Source: the human T2T-CHM13v2.0 reference genome, Homo sapiens
NCBI RefSeq assembly: GCF_009914755.1
Contig: NC_060926.1
Direction: 5' to 3' (one strand)
DNA length: 64,000 nucleotides
Part shown: positions 60,077-64,000 of the stretch, piece by piece
How the letters are laid out: every line of letters starts with the position of its first letter
How positions within the stretch are numbered: the stretch's first letter is position 1
Position numbers and translations under genes: made by a program
Notes under the pieces: model-generated
Told to the model about the DNA's origin: nothing
Seen by the model: the letters and a program-made list of their open reading frames with translations, nothing else
Database searches by the model: none

Positions 60077-61153
60077 TGTTGCAGGAAGTCAGGGACCCCA
60101 AATGGAGGGACTGGCTGGAGCCGTGGCAGAGGAACATAAATTGTGAAGATTTCATTTTAATATGGACATTTATCCGTTCCCAAATAATACTTTTATAATT
60201 TCTTATGCCTGTCTTATTTTAATCTCCTAATCCTGTTGTCTTCGTAAGCTGAGGATGTACATCACCTCAGGACCACTGTGATAATTGTGTTAACTGTACA
60301 AATTGATTGTAAAACATGTGTGTTTGAACAATATGAAATCAGTGCACCTTGAAAAAGAACAAAATAACAGCGATTTTTAGGGAACGAAGGAAGACAACCA
60401 TAAGGTCTGACTGCCTGCAGGGTCCGGCAAAAAGAGCCATATTTTTCTTCTTGCAGAGAGCCTATAAATGGACGTGCAATTATGGAAGATATTGCTAAAT
60501 TCTTTTCCTAGCAAGGAATATTAATATTAATACCATGGGAAAGGAATTCATTCCTGGGGGGAGGTCTATAAACGGCCGCTCTAGGAATGTCTGTCCTATG
60601 CGGTTGAGATAAGGACTGAGATATGCCATGATCTCCTGCAGTACTCTCAGGCTTAATAGGGTTGGGAAAAACTCTGCCCTGGTAAATTTATGGTCAGACC
60701 GGTTCTCTGCTCTCGAACCCTGTTTTCTGTTGTTTAAGATATTTATCAAGACAATATGTGCGCTGCTGAACATAGACCCTTATCAGTAGTTCTGCTTTTT
60801 CCCTTTGCCTTGTGATCTTTGTTGGACCCTTATCAGTAGTTCTGTTTTTGCCCTTTGTCCTATTCCCTTAGAAGCATGTGATCTTTGTTCTGCTTTTTGC
60901 CCTTTGAAGCATGAGATCTTTGTACCTACTCTCTGTTATTACACCCCCTCCCCTTTTGAAACCCTTAATAAAAAACTTGCTGGTTTGAGGCTTAGGTGGG
61001 CATCACGGTCCTACTGATATGTGATGTCACCTCCGGCGGCCCAGCTGTAAAATTCCTCTCTTTGTACTCTTTCTCTTTATTTCTCAGCCAGCTGACACTT
61101 ATGGAAAATAGAAAGAACCTACGTTGAAATATTGGGGGAGGGTTCCCCCAATA
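60077..61153 (+). mobile_element. MER11A solo LTR (HERV-K11/HML-8), 1077 bp, 6-bp TSD
   Basis: Starts tgttgcaggaagtcagggacccc and ends ggttcccccaata; perfect TSD gtgctg (60071-60076 and 61154-61159); TATA-like ctataaa and aataaa present. Confidence 0.93.
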
Positions 61154-61479
61154 GTGCTGCTGGTTCTGAAATGTGTTCTGCCCAAATTGTCATTATCACA
61201 AGCTTTGCTGAAAACATAAATGGAATCCATGATCAAATTTAGGGTTGACCATGACACTGGAAGAGAACACTCACACATAAGATGACAGATGGAAAATCTA
61301 TAAAGAGGTCTTCTGGCTAAAATGTTGGCCAGATTGGATAAGATGGAGTAAGTACAGATTAATGCACTTATTTCTGGAAGAAAAAAAAAACTATCCAAGT
61401 ACAGTCATGAAAGGCATGGCTTAAAAGCAGTACAAATATTCATTGAAAGGGAATGTGGTTTTAACTGACTAATATTAAT

Positions 61480-61850
61480 CATGTCATCCCACTTCCAAGG
61501 GCTAATAAGGGGTTCGTCCAGTTCTGGGTGCCTCATATTAGGAGGAGCTCCACCAACTGGGAAAGCCTCCAGAAAATAGCCAGGAGGGTAAAGGATTTTT
61601 GATGATCATTTGAAGAAACTGATTATGCATCATTTGGAGAAGACAACACATGATAGCCTTATGCAAATATTCAGAGGCTGGCAGATGAAAAAAGGACAGA
61701 ACAAAGGCTGATGAACAATTATTAGAGACTCCAATTTTACCTACATTCAAGAAAGAACTTTCTGACAAAATGTGTAAATGAAATGTGTTTCCATAAGTTG
61801 CCTGTCATTGGAGGTGTTAAAAATTGCCCCTGAATGATGGTTTGTGTGGA
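61480..61850 (+). mobile_element. L3/CR1 fragment
   Basis: ccagttctgggtgcctca and aagaaagaactttctgaca motifs. Confidence 0.6.
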
Positions 61851-61879
61851 ACACTGATTATCGGATACAGGATTATACT

Positions 61880-62178
61880 TTCTTTCTTTTTTTTTTTTTT
61901 TTTTAGAGAAAGGGTCTTGTTCTGTTGCCCAGGCTGGAGTGCAATGGAGTGACCACAGCTCACTATAGCTTCGAACACCTGGACTCATGTTATCCTCCTG
62001 CCTCAGTCTCCTAAGTAGCTGAGATGACACAACAAGCACACGCCACCACACCTGGCTAATTTTGTTTTTAACTTTTTTTGTAGAGATGGAGTTTCGCTTT
62101 GTTGCCCAGGCTTGTCTCAAATTCCTGGCCTCAAGTGATCCTCCCACCTCAGCCTCCCAAAGCGCTGGGATTACAGGC
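61880..62178 (-). mobile_element. AluJ with TSD
   Basis: Flanks ggatt(a/g)tactttct. Confidence 0.9.
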
Positions 62179-62241
62179 ATAAGCCACCACGTCCGGCCTG
62201 GGATTGTACTTTCTAAAGTCCTTTACAGTGCTGAGCTCCTA

Positions 62242-62662
<421 letters not shown>

Positions 62663-63189
62663 TTACAACTGAAGACAGTTCTAGCAGAAACTGTCTTCTT
62701 GGAAAGAAGAGGAGGAGGAGGACTAGAACCCAGGAAGTCAAAAATGAGGCTGTAGCAGTAATCCAGTTGTGAGACAATAGGGTCTAGATTGGGCCAATAT
62801 TAATAAGAATAGGAAGAAAATGGCATAATACATTAACATAACATAAAATGTCAGGATTTCCTCATTAGCTATTCACAGGAGATGGGGTAGGGGTGTAAGC
62901 TTCGCTTGCAGTCTGGGTTTCTCTGTTCTCAGTAGAACTTCCAGTAAATATTGAACTTAGTCCCAATAAGTGACTGAGACACTCGGTGTCTCAATGTATT
63001 TGTTTGTTAAAATGATTTCCAAACAAACAAAAAGTTCATCAAAAGGAAAGCTATCTGGGATAGTGGAAAATACTCAGGTTTTGAAGATAGTTTTATCCCA
63101 GGACTACCTCTTGCACAGCAGCCTTACACACAGGTAGAACAGGCAGACTCCTGCCAACTTTAGAAATTCCAGAAATCCTCCTCTCCTGC

Positions 63190-63890
63190 CTGCACTTGCC
63201 CAGGGGTGTCTCTATTTCTGTTTCCTCATCTTAACAATGGGGATAGGCCGGGCATGATGGCTCATGCCTGTAATCCCAGCACTTTGAGAGGCTGAGGTGG
63301 GGACTGCTTGAGCCCGGGAGTTCAAGGTGGTGAAACCTTGTCTCTACAAAAATTATAAAGATTAGCTGGGTGTGGTGGTGTGTGCCATAGTCATAGCTAC
63401 TCAGGAGGCTGAGGTGGGAGGATCACCTGGTCCCTGGAAGTAGAGGCTCCAGTGAGCTGTGATTGCACCACCACACTCCAGCCTAGGTGACAGAGTGAAA
63501 CCCTGTTTCAAATAAATAAATTTAAATTTAAATTTAAAATGGCGATAATGTTAGTACATAGCCCGTAGGGTTGTTGAGAGGAACAAATGAGTTAATATAT
63601 GTAAAGTAGCAATAGTACGCGCCTGTAGTCATAGCTACTTAGGAGGCGGGAGCTGAGCCCAGGAGTTCAAGGCTGCAGTGAGCTAAGATTATTGCACTTC
63701 AGCCTGTGTGATGGAGCAAGATGACCCTGTCTTTAAAAAAAAAAAAAAAAAGAATTACATGTGTGTGTGCGCGTGTGTGTATATACAAAGAAGTTAGAAC
63801 AGCACTGGCACAAAGCACTACATAAATGTTAGCTATTATTATTACTACTGCTGCTGCTACTATTGTTGTTGTTATTATTATTATTATAAT
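63190..63890 (+). mobile_element. MIR interrupted by an AluJ (63246-63530) and an Alu right monomer (63618-63752), with (TG)n and (TAT)n tracts
   Basis: gtttcctcatc...aatggggata | Alu | aatggcgataat...gggttgttgagagg...gttagaacagcactggcaca...aaatgttagctattatt. Confidence 0.8.
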
Positions 63891-63905
63891 AAAATGCCTC
63901 CCAAG

Positions 63906-64000
63906 GCCAGGTGCGGTGGCTCACGGCTGTAATCCTAGCACTTTGGGAGGCGAAGGCTGGTAGATCACATGAGGTCAGGAGTTCAAGACCAGCCTGGCCA
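63906..64000 (+). mobile_element. AluS 5' part, cut by the window edge
   Basis: ggccaggtgcggtggctcacggctgtaatcc. Confidence 0.9.

Overview
Primate, almost certainly human, genomic DNA from inside CACNB4 (voltage-gated calcium channel beta-4 subunit), transcribed on the minus strand. The only protein-coding sequence I can support is one 120-bp phase-0/phase-0 exon at 1131-1250 ([40 protein letters not shown]). The rest is intron, densely filled with interspersed repeats: about 30 Alu/FLAM/FRAM copies, a full-length but dead L1PA8-like element in sense orientation to the gene, a MER11A solo LTR, MaLR LTRs (MLT1, MST/THE1), hAT and mariner MITEs, and MIR, L2 and L3 relics. Nearly all ORFs in the track are Alu, L1 or chance frames. 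I see no evidence of a new multi-gene system, CRISPR array or foreign DNA. The most interesting unexplained structure is at small scale: (1) two apparent locally templated insertions (a MIR plus flank copied over 8.4 kb, and an AluJ fragment copied over 2.2 kb); (2) a fold-back 32-bp tandem array; (3) a MYC-Pu27-like G-quadruplex; (4) inverted Alus bracketing the coding exon; (5) an L1 5' end with YY1 site and splice donors pointing at that exon. Repeat subfamily names are from memory of consensus sequences, not a database search. Boundaries of old repeats are approximate.
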